From assembly GCA_947168565.1 (NCBI GenBank), contig CAMVMM010000004.1, positions 5,867 to 69,866 of the forward strand: a stretch of DNA of 64,000 nucleotides, written 5' to 3'. A program made the translations under genes and the position numbers. The notes under the pieces were generated by a model. It had not been told where the DNA came from, ran no database searches, and was given only the letters and a program-made list of their open reading frames with translations. Shown in pieces: positions 35,175 through 44,690 of this stretch. How positions within the stretch are numbered: the stretch's first letter is position 1; each line of letters begins with the position of its first letter. The stretch is from an uncultured Clostridia bacterium. GTDB taxonomy: Bacteria > Bacillota > Clostridia > Christensenellales > CAG-138.

Positions 35175-36815
35175 TCAGCCTGCGAAATACCAGCTTTTGA
35201 TGCCGCGAAGAAGCATCGGCTCGCGCAGGGAGGCCACGCCGCGAAGCTTTTCGGTGTAAACCGCGCTGTTCAGGCGGAAATACAGCACCATGAAGGGAAG
35301 CTGATCTATGAACGCCGCCTCAAGCTCCCGAAAAGCGGAGCGAAGCGCCTGCTCGTCCGAAGCCGACCGCACCTTTTTCAGCTCCTCGGCAAACAGCACG
35401 CCGGAGCATTTGCCGAAATTGTTTCTGCCCTCCGTGGTGAGATAGGCGGAAAGATCGTTTGAAAGCGAAAGGCTGAAGCCCACAAGGGCGATATCCCAAT
35501 CCATTTCGGTGAGCGCAGAAAGAAACTCGCTCTCCGCTTCGCCGTAGCCGTGCGGAAGTATCACAACCTTCGCCGCGATGCCGAATCCCTCAAGCTGGGA
35601 GGCGATCGCAAGCGCCGCGTCCGAGCGGGTTGTGTTGTCCGTGGTGCCGCTCACAAGCAGCTTCAATTCAAGCTCCGCGCCGCCGTGCAGCATTCGCCCC
35701 GCCTCGTTTTGAGTGCAGCCCGCCTTTTCAAAATAGGAGATGGCTGCGGCGTGGTCATAGCCTATCAGCGTTTCGCCTGTATACAGCCATGAATCCGGCG
35801 GCACAGGCACATCGCAGGCGCGCGCACGGTTCATATATATATTTGAAATGATGGGGCTTCGGTTCACCGCGCGGGCGACAGCCCTTCTGAAATCGGCGTC
35901 CATGGTGGGATGGCGGCGGTGATTGAAAAGCATGACCTCCATTTCCTGCGTCATGTGGTCGGAAACCGCCGTAACGCCGTTATCGGCGTATTGTCCTGCG
36001 GAGAGCTGCGCGGTCTGCACGAAATCGAGCTGCCCCGCGGTGTAGGAGGCAAGCGCGGTGTCGCTGCTGTCCCTTGAAAGAAACTCCACAACGTTTATAT
36101 AGGGCGTGCGGTCCCACCAGGAGTCGTTTGCATGAAGCACGATGCGCTCATCGCTGAAGCTGAACGCGCTATACGGCCCCGTGCCGTTGAAAACGGAGCC
36201 GTCCGCCTTCATAATGGGAAAATCCAGCGCGTAAAGCGCGATTATGCCGGGCGTGACCATATTCACCCGCACGGTGGCGTCGTCCACGCGCACCATGCTT
36301 GTGACGTATGCAAGGGAGCGCGAATAATAGCCCTCGCCCCCAAGCCGCTTGAGGCGGTTGAAGGACTGCACAACGTCATCCGCGCAAAGCTTTTCGCCCG
36401 TGTGAAACACCGCGCTCTCACGAAGGCTCACAAGCCAGCTCCGCTCGTCCCCCTGAAAGCGGCTCCATTTCGCGGCAAGGCAGGGCACAAGCTCGTTTGC
36501 CTCGTTTACGGCGATAAGCGGCTCGTAAACAAGGGAAAACAGCGCAAGCTCCTCCTCCGTGCGCACAAGGAGCGGATCGTAATTTTCGTTGCCGACACTC
36601 AAATTTTCGGGCATCGCCATCCGGAGCACGCCGCCGGAGAGCGGGGAGGGCGAGGAGGATGGGGGAGCGGGCGAGGGCGTTGGCTCATCCGGCGCGGGCG
36701 CGTCCTTTGCGCAGGAGAGCGGAAAAAGCGCAAAAAGAACGAGCGCCAGCAGCGCCGAGGCCGCCTTTTTTGCCGCATGAAGGGCGCTATTGATGCTGCT
36801 GCCTGTATTTTTCAT
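35175..36815 (-). CDS. ABC transporter substrate-binding lipoprotein, family 5 (peptide/nickel type)
   Basis: Start at MKNTG, with lipobox FPLSC. SBP_bac_5 pattern VYEPLIAVNEANELVPCLAAKW ... FHTGEKLCADDV. Overlaps the upstream gene by 29 nt. Confidence 0.8.
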   Translation of the reverse strand: MKNTGSSINSALHAAKKAASALLALVLFALFPLSCAKDAPAPDEPTPSPAPPSSSPSPLSGGVLRMAMPENLSVGNENYDPLLVRTEEELALFSLVYEPLIAVNEANELVPCLAAKWSRFQGDERSWLVSLRESAVFHTGEKLCADDVVQSFNRLKRLGGEGYYSRSLAYVTSMVRVDDATVRVNMVTPGIIALYALDFPIMKADGSVFNGTGPYSAFSFSDERIVLHANDSWWDRTPYINVVEFLSRDSSDTALASYTAGQLDFVQTAQLSAGQYADNGVTAVSDHMTQEMEVMLFNHRRHPTMDADFRRAVARAVNRSPIISNIYMNRARACDVPVPPDSWLYTGETLIGYDHAAAISYFEKAGCTQNEAGRMLHGGAELELKLLVSGTTDNTTRSDAALAIASQLEGFGIAAKVVILPHGYGEAESEFLSALTEMDWDIALVGFSLSLSNDLSAYLTTEGRNNFGKCSGVLFAEELKKVRSASDEQALRSAFRELEAAFIDQLPFMVLYFRLNSAVYTEKLRGVASLREPMLLRGIKSWYFAG

Positions 36816-37413
36816 AGGATTCAAAAACCTTCTGCACATAGTTTCGCGTTTCGGGGAAGGGTATCTCAAGCGTTTCGCCGCCGTGAGCGCTGCCGTCAAG
36901 CCATTTATCCACGTTGCCCGCACCGGCGTTGTACGCGGCAACTGCAAGCCTGAGGTCGTTTTTGTAGTAATCAATGAGATAAGAAAGCAGATAGCAGCCC
37001 AGATCGATATTATACGAGGGCTCATAGATCTTTTTGCTGTCGTACCTGAAGCCGCGCCGCGAGGCGATCCACTCCGCCGTGCCGGGCATGATCTGCATCA
37101 GCCCCATAGCGCCGGAGCGGGAAACCACGTTCGTTTCAAAGCTGCTCTCCGTGCGGATAACGGCAAACACCAGATCGGGGTCAAGCCCGTATTCGCGGCT
37201 TGAGGCAAGCACCTCGTTTTCAAAATGCCGGGGATAGGCGAGCTTTGTGCCGATTTTGGGTATATACGCTATGCCGAGCGCAATAAGCGCAAGCAGCAGC
37301 ACGGAAAGAAGCACGGTGAAAAAGCCGGGCCTTTTGCTGCCTTTTTTAACTCTTTTATTCCCGGGCTTAACGCCTCTTTTTCTTCCTCTTGATGCTGCTG
37401 CCATCTCTTTCAA
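36787..37413 (-). CDS. Lytic transglycosylase (SLT domain) with N-terminal membrane anchor
   Basis: SLT motifs VIRTESSF, GLMQIMPGTAEW and AYNAGAGNV. Confidence 0.8.
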   Translation of the reverse strand: MKEMAAASRGRKRGVKPGNKRVKKGSKRPGFFTVLLSVLLLALIALGIAYIPKIGTKLAYPRHFENEVLASSREYGLDPDLVFAVIRTESSFETNVVSRSGAMGLMQIMPGTAEWIASRRGFRYDSKKIYEPSYNIDLGCYLLSYLIDYYKNDLRLAVAAYNAGAGNVDKWLDGSAHGGETLEIPFPETRNYVQKVFESYEKYRQQHQ

Positions 37414-37482
37414 CGATACTGTTTTTATTATACCGTTTTAACTATATGTCCGCACGGCTCATGCCGCCGTCTGCGTATATGA

Positions 37483-38133
37483 TCATTCCTCGGGATCGTC
37501 CTGCGTGTAAACGGAAAGCTCATTTTGGGCGAATGCGGAGAAAACGTCGATCCCAATCGACTGAAGCGCAGTCAGCACCTGCGCTTCAAGCCGATCCATG
37601 CTGCCGCTGTTTTCGATCACCGCGTCCGCACGCGCCGCCTTTTCCCGCTGCGGCATCTGGCGCGCAAAGCGGGCGGCTGCCTGCTCGCGGGTGAGCCCGT
37701 CGCGCCGCATGATGCGCCCGAAGCGCGTTTCATCATCCGCAACAACGCAGATCACCCTGTCGCAATACCTTTCAAAGCCGGATTCAAACAGCAGCGGCAC
37801 GTCGAATACGACATGCTCCCGCCCCTGTGAAAGCGCGCATTGGGCCTTGGCAAGCATGCTTTCAAAAACGCGCGGATGAACTATCGCGTTCAGAGCTTCG
37901 GTGCTTTCCTTTGCTGAAAAAGCGGCGGCGGCAAGCGCACTGCGGTCCACCATCCCGCCTTCAGCGAATATGCTTTCTCCGAACGCCTCCCTAAGCTCAT
38001 TACGCACTTCGGGCAGCTCAAGCGCGTCGTGCGCCGTTTTATCGGCATCCACAATAAAAAATCCAAGCTCGCGCAGCATAGCGGAAACGGTGGATTTGCC
38101 CGCCGCCATGCTGCCTGTGAGTCCGATTCGCAT
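37483..38133 (-). CDS. coaE: Dephospho-CoA kinase
   Basis: MRIGLTGSMAAGKST P-loop at the N-terminus and CoaE-typical length and pattern. Confidence 0.9.
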   Translation of the reverse strand: MRIGLTGSMAAGKSTVSAMLRELGFFIVDADKTAHDALELPEVRNELREAFGESIFAEGGMVDRSALAAAAFSAKESTEALNAIVHPRVFESMLAKAQCALSQGREHVVFDVPLLFESGFERYCDRVICVVADDETRFGRIMRRDGLTREQAAARFARQMPQREKAARADAVIENSGSMDRLEAQVLTALQSIGIDVFSAFAQNELSVYTQDDPEE

Positions 38134-38194
38134 AGATCAAAACCTCCGCTTGAAATAGGCTCCGGATTAAAGAATAAACCCTGCCGGGCGCGGC

Positions 38195-40825
38195 TTATTT
38201 GGTGTCAAACCAGCTATGCCCGCATTCAACGTCCGCCCGAAGCGGCACGGAGAGCTTTATAACGTTGCTCATGCAGTCCGCAAGCAGCTCCTTTACGCGC
38301 TCCACCTCGCCCTCGGGCGTGTCGATAATAAGCTCATCGTGGATCTGCAGGCAGAGCTTTGCATTTAAGCCTTCATCCGAAAGCCTTTTGTGAACGCGCA
38401 CCATGGCCGCCTTTATAATATCCGCCGCCGTGCCCTGGATCGGCATATTCATCGCAACGCGCTCGCCGAAGGAGCGGGTGTTGTAGTTGCTTGAGCGAAG
38501 CTCCGGCAGCTCGCGCCGCCTGCCGAAAAGGGTCACGGCGTACCCGCGCGTTTTGCCGTCCTCCACGGAGGAGTGCATATAATCGCGCACGCCCGTGCAG
38601 CGCTCAAGGTAGCGTTCGATATATGAAGCCGCCTGCTTCTGGCCTATGCCGAGCTGCTCCGAAAGCCCGAAGGCGCTTATGCCGTACACGATTCCGAAAT
38701 TGACCGCCTTCGCGCTTGAGCGCATCTGCCGCGTGACCTCCTCGCGCGGAACGCCGAAGATCTCGGAAGCGGTGCGCGTGTGGATATCCTCGCCGGAATT
38801 GAAGGCGGAGATAAAGGTGGCGTCTCCGCTGATATGCGCAAGCACGCGCAGCTCTATCTGGGAATAATCCGCGCCAACGAGCAGATTGCCCTCGCTTGCT
38901 ATGAAAGCCTTGCGTATCTCGCGCCCAAGCTCCGTGCGCACGGGAATATTTTGAAGATTCGGCTCCGCGGAGGAGATTCGCCCCGTGGCGGTCACGGTTT
39001 GGTTGAAGGTGGTGTGTATCCTGCCGTCCGCGCCCGTTTTTTCAAGCATCGCGTCTATAAAGGTGGATTTCAGCTTTGTGAGGAAGCGGTATTCCGTCAC
39101 CTTTTCAACTATCGGGTGGAAGGGCTTTAACGACTCAAGCACGTCGCTGTCCGTGGAATAGCCGGTCTTGGTCTTTTTCTTCGGCGGAAGCCCCAGCTTT
39201 TCAAAAAGGATCTGCCCAAGCTGCTTCGGGGAAAGGATATTGAAGCTTTCGCCCGCAAGCTCGAAAATTTCGCCCGTGAGCGAATCTATGCGGCGCTGCA
39301 TCTCGCCTCCAAGCTCCGTGAGCACCGCTTTATCTATGGAGAAGCCCGTTTTTTCCATGTCGAAAAGCGTTTTCACAAGGGGCAGCTCTATATCCGTAAA
39401 GAGCGAAAGCATATCCCTTTCGGCAAGCGCTTTAAGCATCCGCGCCCTCAGCTCCATCAGCGCGGCGGGCGTGGGCAGGTGGGCAAGCCCGCTCTCGGTC
39501 ACAAGGGTCTGCGTGTCCTTCGCAGGGTGCAGCGCGTTTAAAAGGTAGTCCGCTATCATCGCGTCAAACTCAAGCCCGCGAAGCTCCACGCCGTAGCCGT
39601 CCGCAAGCCACATCAGCCTTTTTGCATCGAACACGACCTTTTTTATGTCTTCGCGCTCAAGCACGGGGCGAAGCGCCTCCATCACCTCGTCCGGCGAAAA
39701 GCCGGGGTCAAGCAGCGAGCCGCCGAGCGTGAGGCGGCAGCAGGGGAGGGGGTCGGCAGCGGAAGGCTTACATTTGGAAAAATCCGGAAAGCCCGCGAAG
39801 CAGACCGCGCTTTCGGTAATACCAAAGGCGAAAAAATCATGGGAAAGCGCGGCGGTAACGGCCTCACGAAGCGCATCCGCATTTGTCAGCGCCCTGCTTT
39901 CAAACGCGGCGGGGTCGATCGCGGAATCCGTTTTTATCGCGGCGGAAAAATCGCCCTCGTCCGCTCCGGAAAGCTCGCGCACGCGCTTTATGACCGCCCG
40001 CAGCTCCAGCTCCGTCAGCTCGCCAAGCGCGTTTTTCATATCGGAAGGGTCGAAGCGGCAATCCTCAAGCGTGGCTTCAACGGGGGCGTTCGTGTCTATC
40101 GTGCCGAGCGTGCGGGTCATTTCGGCGCTCTCGCGGCCCGTGAGCAGCTTTTCGCGCAGCGCGCCCTTCTCGCTTTCGGCATTCGCAAGGATCTCATCAA
40201 GGCTGCCGTATTTTTCAAGCAGCTTCAGCGCGGTTTTTTCGCCAACGCCCTTTATGCCGGGCAGATTATCGGAATTATCGCCCATCAGCCCCTTCAGATC
40301 CACCATCCGCGCAGGCTCAAGGCCGTATTCGTCAAAAAGCGTTTTTTTATCGTATTCCACCGTTTCGCTGATGCCCTTTTTCGTCATCAAAACGAGAACG
40401 CTGTCCGTCACAAGCTGAAGCGCGTCCCGATCGCCGGTCACAAGCAGCGCGTCTACTCCCGCCGCCTCCGCCCTTCTTGAAAAGGTGCCTAAAATATCGT
40501 CCGCCTCGTAGCGCTCGCATTCCACCACGGCTATGCCCATTTTATGAAGCAGCTCGCGCAGCATGGGAAACTGCTCCCGAAGCTCGGCGGGCGTTTCGCG
40601 CCTGCCCGCCTTGTACTCCGCGTAGCTCTCATGGCGGAAGGTGGGCGTGCTCATATCAAAGGCGGCAAGCAGGTAATCCGGCTTCATTTCAATAAGCTTC
40701 ATCAGCATGGAAAGAAAGCCGTGCAGCGCGCCGGTGGGCGTGCCTTTTTTATTAGTCATATTCGGCAGCGCGTAGAATGCGCGAAACATCAGCGAGTTGC
40801 CGTCTATTGCAATAAGCTTCTTCAT
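38195..40825 (-). CDS. polA: DNA polymerase I
   Basis: 5' nuclease domain (DGNSLMFRAFYA) and polymerase motifs A/B/C (DYSQIELRVLAH, RSSAKAVNFGIVYG, QIHDEL). Confidence 0.95.
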   Translation of the reverse strand: MKKLIAIDGNSLMFRAFYALPNMTNKKGTPTGALHGFLSMLMKLIEMKPDYLLAAFDMSTPTFRHESYAEYKAGRRETPAELREQFPMLRELLHKMGIAVVECERYEADDILGTFSRRAEAAGVDALLVTGDRDALQLVTDSVLVLMTKKGISETVEYDKKTLFDEYGLEPARMVDLKGLMGDNSDNLPGIKGVGEKTALKLLEKYGSLDEILANAESEKGALREKLLTGRESAEMTRTLGTIDTNAPVEATLEDCRFDPSDMKNALGELTELELRAVIKRVRELSGADEGDFSAAIKTDSAIDPAAFESRALTNADALREAVTAALSHDFFAFGITESAVCFAGFPDFSKCKPSAADPLPCCRLTLGGSLLDPGFSPDEVMEALRPVLEREDIKKVVFDAKRLMWLADGYGVELRGLEFDAMIADYLLNALHPAKDTQTLVTESGLAHLPTPAALMELRARMLKALAERDMLSLFTDIELPLVKTLFDMEKTGFSIDKAVLTELGGEMQRRIDSLTGEIFELAGESFNILSPKQLGQILFEKLGLPPKKKTKTGYSTDSDVLESLKPFHPIVEKVTEYRFLTKLKSTFIDAMLEKTGADGRIHTTFNQTVTATGRISSAEPNLQNIPVRTELGREIRKAFIASEGNLLVGADYSQIELRVLAHISGDATFISAFNSGEDIHTRTASEIFGVPREEVTRQMRSSAKAVNFGIVYGISAFGLSEQLGIGQKQAASYIERYLERCTGVRDYMHSSVEDGKTRGYAVTLFGRRRELPELRSSNYNTRSFGERVAMNMPIQGTAADIIKAAMVRVHKRLSDEGLNAKLCLQIHDELIIDTPEGEVERVKELLADCMSNVIKLSVPLRADVECGHSWFDTK

Positions 40826-40960
40826 AGGGGTGCTCCTCCTAAATGCGCGGTGTTTCTCAAAAAGCTTTGGTTTCTAAAAAACCCGCGCCGAATATCCGAT
40901 TATCCGAATAATATTATACCATCAAAAGGGCTGATTAACAATGATTTGCGTTTGATAAGC

Positions 40961-41035
40961 AAAAGAAAAAAAGAAGAGGAAAAAAGCAAAAGAAAAAGAA
41001 AAAGAAAAAGAAAAAGCCGAAAGCGGGTAAAGCCT
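40961..41035. repeat. Homopurine/homopyrimidine tract with (GAAAAA)n core
   Basis: About 75 nt, almost exclusively A/G on the plus strand, including AGAAAAAGAAAAAGAAAAAGAAAAAG. Confidence 0.8.
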
Positions 41036-41096
41036 CGGCCTTGAAAGCGGTTGGCGCTGCGGGTCCCGCGCGGCTCACGGGCGGCAGGAGAGCCGA

Positions 41097-41801
41097 TTAA
41101 GCCTCCTTAATGGCGCGGATCAGTTCATCAAGCCTATAAACGTGATTCGGCTTCGTGTTTACCTTCTCCCAAATGTTGTCGGAGCGGATAAGCCCATCAA
41201 CGGCTTTTTTCAAAAACGCATTATCCTGCGCAAGATCATGAACTGATGCAGGCATGGTTTCAAGCAAAGCGTAGTGACGCGGGACTGCGTATTCTTCACT
41301 TTCTACGGAAACTATATCAAACGTCGTCATCTGAGCGCAGGTAATGGTATATGTTTCATCGGTAAGCTCATATTGCTTATTGGCTTCATCGGTAGTCTTT
41401 CTGAGGAAAAGCAAAAGCTCGTTGCCCGCAGTGAACAGCGGGTGTCCTTCAAGGGTAAATTTGCTTGAGCCATCCTGAATAAGAGTGAATTTCGCAGGGA
41501 GGCTGCCCTTTACGGTTTCAACGGTTTCGACACTGTAAAGCGAACTGTACATATCTTTGGTATAGCCGAGCCAATCACCGATACGAACGCATGCGACCGC
41601 ATCGGAATCAGCTATTTCACCGGCTATTGAAGCGGGCATATATCCGAAGTTTGCTTCGGAAGGATACTCCGCCATCCGCATGGGCGGCACAACCGGCTCA
41701 GCTTTGTTTACGGTGCAGCCGGAAAGCAGCAGGCTTGAAAGAATGCCGAGCGCAAGCACGGCGGAGCAGAAGAAGCGCGGAAAACGAATTCTTTTTTTCA
41801 T
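41097..41801 (-). CDS. Lipoprotein, unknown function (paralog A)
   Basis: Signal peptide MKKRIRFPRFFCSAVLALGILSSLLLSGC. Homologous along its full length to 41994-42710. Confidence 0.6.
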   Translation of the reverse strand: MKKRIRFPRFFCSAVLALGILSSLLLSGCTVNKAEPVVPPMRMAEYPSEANFGYMPASIAGEIADSDAVACVRIGDWLGYTKDMYSSLYSVETVETVKGSLPAKFTLIQDGSSKFTLEGHPLFTAGNELLLFLRKTTDEANKQYELTDETYTITCAQMTTFDIVSVESEEYAVPRHYALLETMPASVHDLAQDNAFLKKAVDGLIRSDNIWEKVNTKPNHVYRLDELIRAIKEA

Positions 41802-41806
41802 AGGAT
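41713..41806. repeat. 94-bp near-identical repeat copy 1 (5' end of lipoprotein paralog A)
   Basis: Differs from 42622-42715 at only a handful of positions. Confidence 0.85.
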
Positions 41807-41993
41807 CAGTATCCTCGTTTCATTTATTTGCAGCAAAACGAATTGCTACAATACTATAATAATATGAGAAATATACTTTGTCAACAGGCAAGCTGCAATA
41901 ATATTTTAAGTATTTGTTTAATTTTTAATGTTAAGTCCATTTAAATTCGCCGCCCTTTTCGGGGCGGCGGAGAAGAAGCGGATAATTATTGGC

Positions 41994-42710
41994 TTAGGCA
42001 TTCCTCAATGCGCGAATCAGTTCATCAAGCTTATATAGGTGTTGGTGCACTGAGGGAAATCTCTCCCAAATGCTGTCGGAGCGGATAAGCTCATCCACGG
42101 CACTTTTTAAAAAAGCTTCGTCTTGTGCAAGATTCTTTACGGAATCCGGCATCTCTTGAAAAATTGCACAGTTGTGAGGAATAACATATTTTTCGCCGTC
42201 AAGCTCGACCAAGTGCATCACGCCGGTATACGAGCCGGTGATCTTGTAGGTATCCTTAGGATATTTGAGAAATTCAGCGTCCTTTTCGGGGATTTTCGTC
42301 AGAAAAAGAAACAGCTCGTTGCCGTGTGTAAACAGCGGATAGTCCCTGTAAATCAACTCGCTTGAGCCCTCCTGCATGAGGGTGAATCTATTCGGCAGCT
42401 CGCCCTTAACGGTTTCTATAACCTCGGCGCTGAAAAGAGTGCTCATTTTGGTAACGGAATCGCCGAGCCAATCACCAACTCGAACCGTGGCAACGGCATC
42501 GGAACGCTCGATCGCCTCCTGTACCGTGCCGGGTACATTTCCGAGGCAAGCTTCGGCAGGATATTCACTCATTCGTATCGGCGGCAGCACGGCTTCGGAA
42601 TTACCTGATGCGCTGCTCTGCGTGCAGCCGGAAAGCAGCAGGCTTGAAAGAATGCCGAGCGCAAGCACGGCGGAGCAAAGGAAGCGGGGAAAACGAATTC
42701 TTTTTTTCAT
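41994..42710 (-). CDS. Lipoprotein, unknown function (paralog B)
   Basis: Start at MKKRIRFPRFLC (ATG at 42710) with the same lipobox. AT-richer than the surroundings. Confidence 0.6.
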   Translation of the reverse strand: MKKRIRFPRFLCSAVLALGILSSLLLSGCTQSSASGNSEAVLPPIRMSEYPAEACLGNVPGTVQEAIERSDAVATVRVGDWLGDSVTKMSTLFSAEVIETVKGELPNRFTLMQEGSSELIYRDYPLFTHGNELFLFLTKIPEKDAEFLKYPKDTYKITGSYTGVMHLVELDGEKYVIPHNCAIFQEMPDSVKNLAQDEAFLKSAVDELIRSDSIWERFPSVHQHLYKLDELIRALRNA

Positions 42711-42715
42711 AGGAT
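42622..42715. repeat. 94-bp near-identical repeat copy 2 (5' end of lipoprotein paralog B)
   Basis: See 41713-41806. Confidence 0.85.
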
Positions 42716-42845
42716 TCTGCCTCGTTTCAATTATTTGCGGCAAACGAACCGCCGTAGATACAGTTTAATATGGATTCTATTTTTTGTCAACAGGAAATTT
42801 TGAATAAACAATGAATTATACGTAAAAACTCTATTGCCAAATCGC

Positions 42846-42876
42846 AATAAAAGCGCCGCCCTTTGCGGGGGCGGCG
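42846..42876 (-). terminator. Intrinsic terminator after the portal gene
   Basis: CGCCGCCC/GGGCGGCG 8-bp stem followed by CTTTTATT on the minus strand. The same stem sequence recurs at 41948-41969. Confidence 0.6.
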
Positions 42877-42927
42877 TGTGGAAGAAAAAAACGCATAAAG
42901 CGGATAGTATAAAGCGCTGATTCGGAT

Positions 42928-44625
42928 TTACGGCATATTCGCTCCGTTTCCGGTGCCGTTTCCCGCACCGTTTCCCGCTCCCTGCGCCGCGGCAAGCGCC
43001 AGCTCAAGCGCCTTATTTTTCATGAGCTGCACCGCCTGATCCTTGCCGTCGAAGATAAGAAGCTGCAATCCCACGTCCGGCGTAATCATACCCGCCGAAA
43101 CGAGGCGGAAAACGGTTTCGTTGTTGTTCAGCACGGAGAAGGCGTTTTCCTTCACTACCTTCACGGTAACGTGAAATTCCGCGGGCAGGCTGTCAAGCGA
43201 ATCCAGCGCGTGCTCAATGGCGGAAAGCCTTGCCACCTTCGCCGCGCTCTCGCCGTAGCCCATCTCGGAGCCGATCGCGGAAAGCGTTTTTTCGCAGCGG
43301 GCGCGGAGCGTGAACTCGCGTTCTATCTCTATCTCCTGGCAAACCGCCTTGCGGAACGCGGAATGGATGCTTCTTGCCGCCATGCGCGAGCGCTTGCTCG
43401 AAGCCTCCTGAAGCGCCGCTATCGCCACGCCGCTCGTAACGCCCGCATGGGTCATGCCGCGCGCAAATTCGTTTGCGCCGGATTCCTCCTTGATGGAGTT
43501 GCGCATCTCCGCGATATAGCTGAGCATATACGCGGGCAGGGGCGCCGTGGCAAACCACGAGATGCCGTTCAGATTATCGCCCTGATGCACCTCCTTGGAC
43601 CAATCCCGCAGATCGGCGGGATCGAAGCCGCTTGCGCCGGTGATAAGCAGCTTGTTGTGGCTTGCAAGCAGCGCGTTTTTCATAACTATCTGATCCAGCT
43701 TATCCGAATTGCGCTGGCTCGTTTCAAACATATCCACGAAGCCGTAGCCAAGGCAGCTTCCCTTGCGCTCATACATTTTGGTGACAACGAAGGGATATTC
43801 GCCGTGCGCAAAATAGCCGTTCGGACGCGCGATTCGGCTGTCCTCAAGCATCATGCCGCCCGCAAGCAGCATCATGTGGACCGCGTATTTCTCCGCTTCG
43901 GCATCGTACACCCTGCGCCAGCACTCTATAAGCAGTATGGTTTTTTCGCAGTCGGCGGTAAGCAGCTGCTCCTCCGGCGTGTCAAACATAAACCCGTCCT
44001 CCCGAAGCTCAGCCGCCTTGTCGGGGTAGTGCTGGATGAACCAGTCGCGCGTGTGGTGGGCGTATTTGAAAACGGCTCTGCCGTCCTGAATATCCGGCGC
44101 GAGGGGGTCGAAAAGCACGCTGCGCGCGTCCACGTGGCGGATGAACGCGCCGCCGATGCCGCCGTTCGCCGTTTCGTCAAAGCCTATCTGCTGCACGCCG
44201 TAGCCGCCCACAAGCAGATCGTGCGTCATCTTCAGATACTCCTCATCGTAGGCGCAGCGCAGATGGTTTTCGTGGATAATATGGGTAAATATCTCCGAAA
44301 GCGCGTCGTACTCCGGCGCGTCGGAGCTGACTATCGCCTCCGGCAGATGATCCGCAAGATCGGCGCGCACGTTCTCTATCGTGCTTTGGAGAACCGGCGT
44401 AACCGGGCGCGGCTCGCCCTTTTCGCCCATGGGCACGTCGTACCAATGCTCCCCGCGATACATACGCTCGCATTTATCCAGCCTTGCACGCTCCTGCGCG
44501 TATGCGGAGTAGAATTCGTTGAAAAGCGCATACAGCGCCTCCACCTCCTCCGCCTTGCCCATGGCCTTTTCGCTCGTTTCCGCTCCGTAAACGGGGCTTA
44601 TGCGCTTATTTGTTTTCTCCATCAT
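42928..44625 (-). CDS. Phage portal protein (candidate)
   Basis: Lies immediately downstream of TerL. At about 565 aa its size is typical of a portal, and it has an N-terminal region with MYRGEHW. The family assignment was not verifiable by eye. Start taken at MMEKTNK with a GAAAGGA RBS. Confidence 0.65.
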   Translation of the reverse strand: MMEKTNKRISPVYGAETSEKAMGKAEEVEALYALFNEFYSAYAQERARLDKCERMYRGEHWYDVPMGEKGEPRPVTPVLQSTIENVRADLADHLPEAIVSSDAPEYDALSEIFTHIIHENHLRCAYDEEYLKMTHDLLVGGYGVQQIGFDETANGGIGGAFIRHVDARSVLFDPLAPDIQDGRAVFKYAHHTRDWFIQHYPDKAAELREDGFMFDTPEEQLLTADCEKTILLIECWRRVYDAEAEKYAVHMMLLAGGMMLEDSRIARPNGYFAHGEYPFVVTKMYERKGSCLGYGFVDMFETSQRNSDKLDQIVMKNALLASHNKLLITGASGFDPADLRDWSKEVHQGDNLNGISWFATAPLPAYMLSYIAEMRNSIKEESGANEFARGMTHAGVTSGVAIAALQEASSKRSRMAARSIHSAFRKAVCQEIEIEREFTLRARCEKTLSAIGSEMGYGESAAKVARLSAIEHALDSLDSLPAEFHVTVKVVKENAFSVLNNNETVFRLVSAGMITPDVGLQLLIFDGKDQAVQLMKNKALELALAAAQGAGNGAGNGTGNGANMP

Positions 44626-44648
44626 GACTATCCTTTCTTTCAAATTAT

Positions 44649-44690
44649 AATTGCTAATTGCTAATTGCTCATTGCTAATTGCCAATTTCT
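44649..44690. repeat. Heptanucleotide tandem repeat (AATTGCT)x6, degenerate at the 3' units
   Basis: AATTGCT AATTGCT AATTGCT CATTGCT AATTGCC AATTTCT. Spans the TerL stop codon and the whole TerL-portal spacer. Confidence 0.85.
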
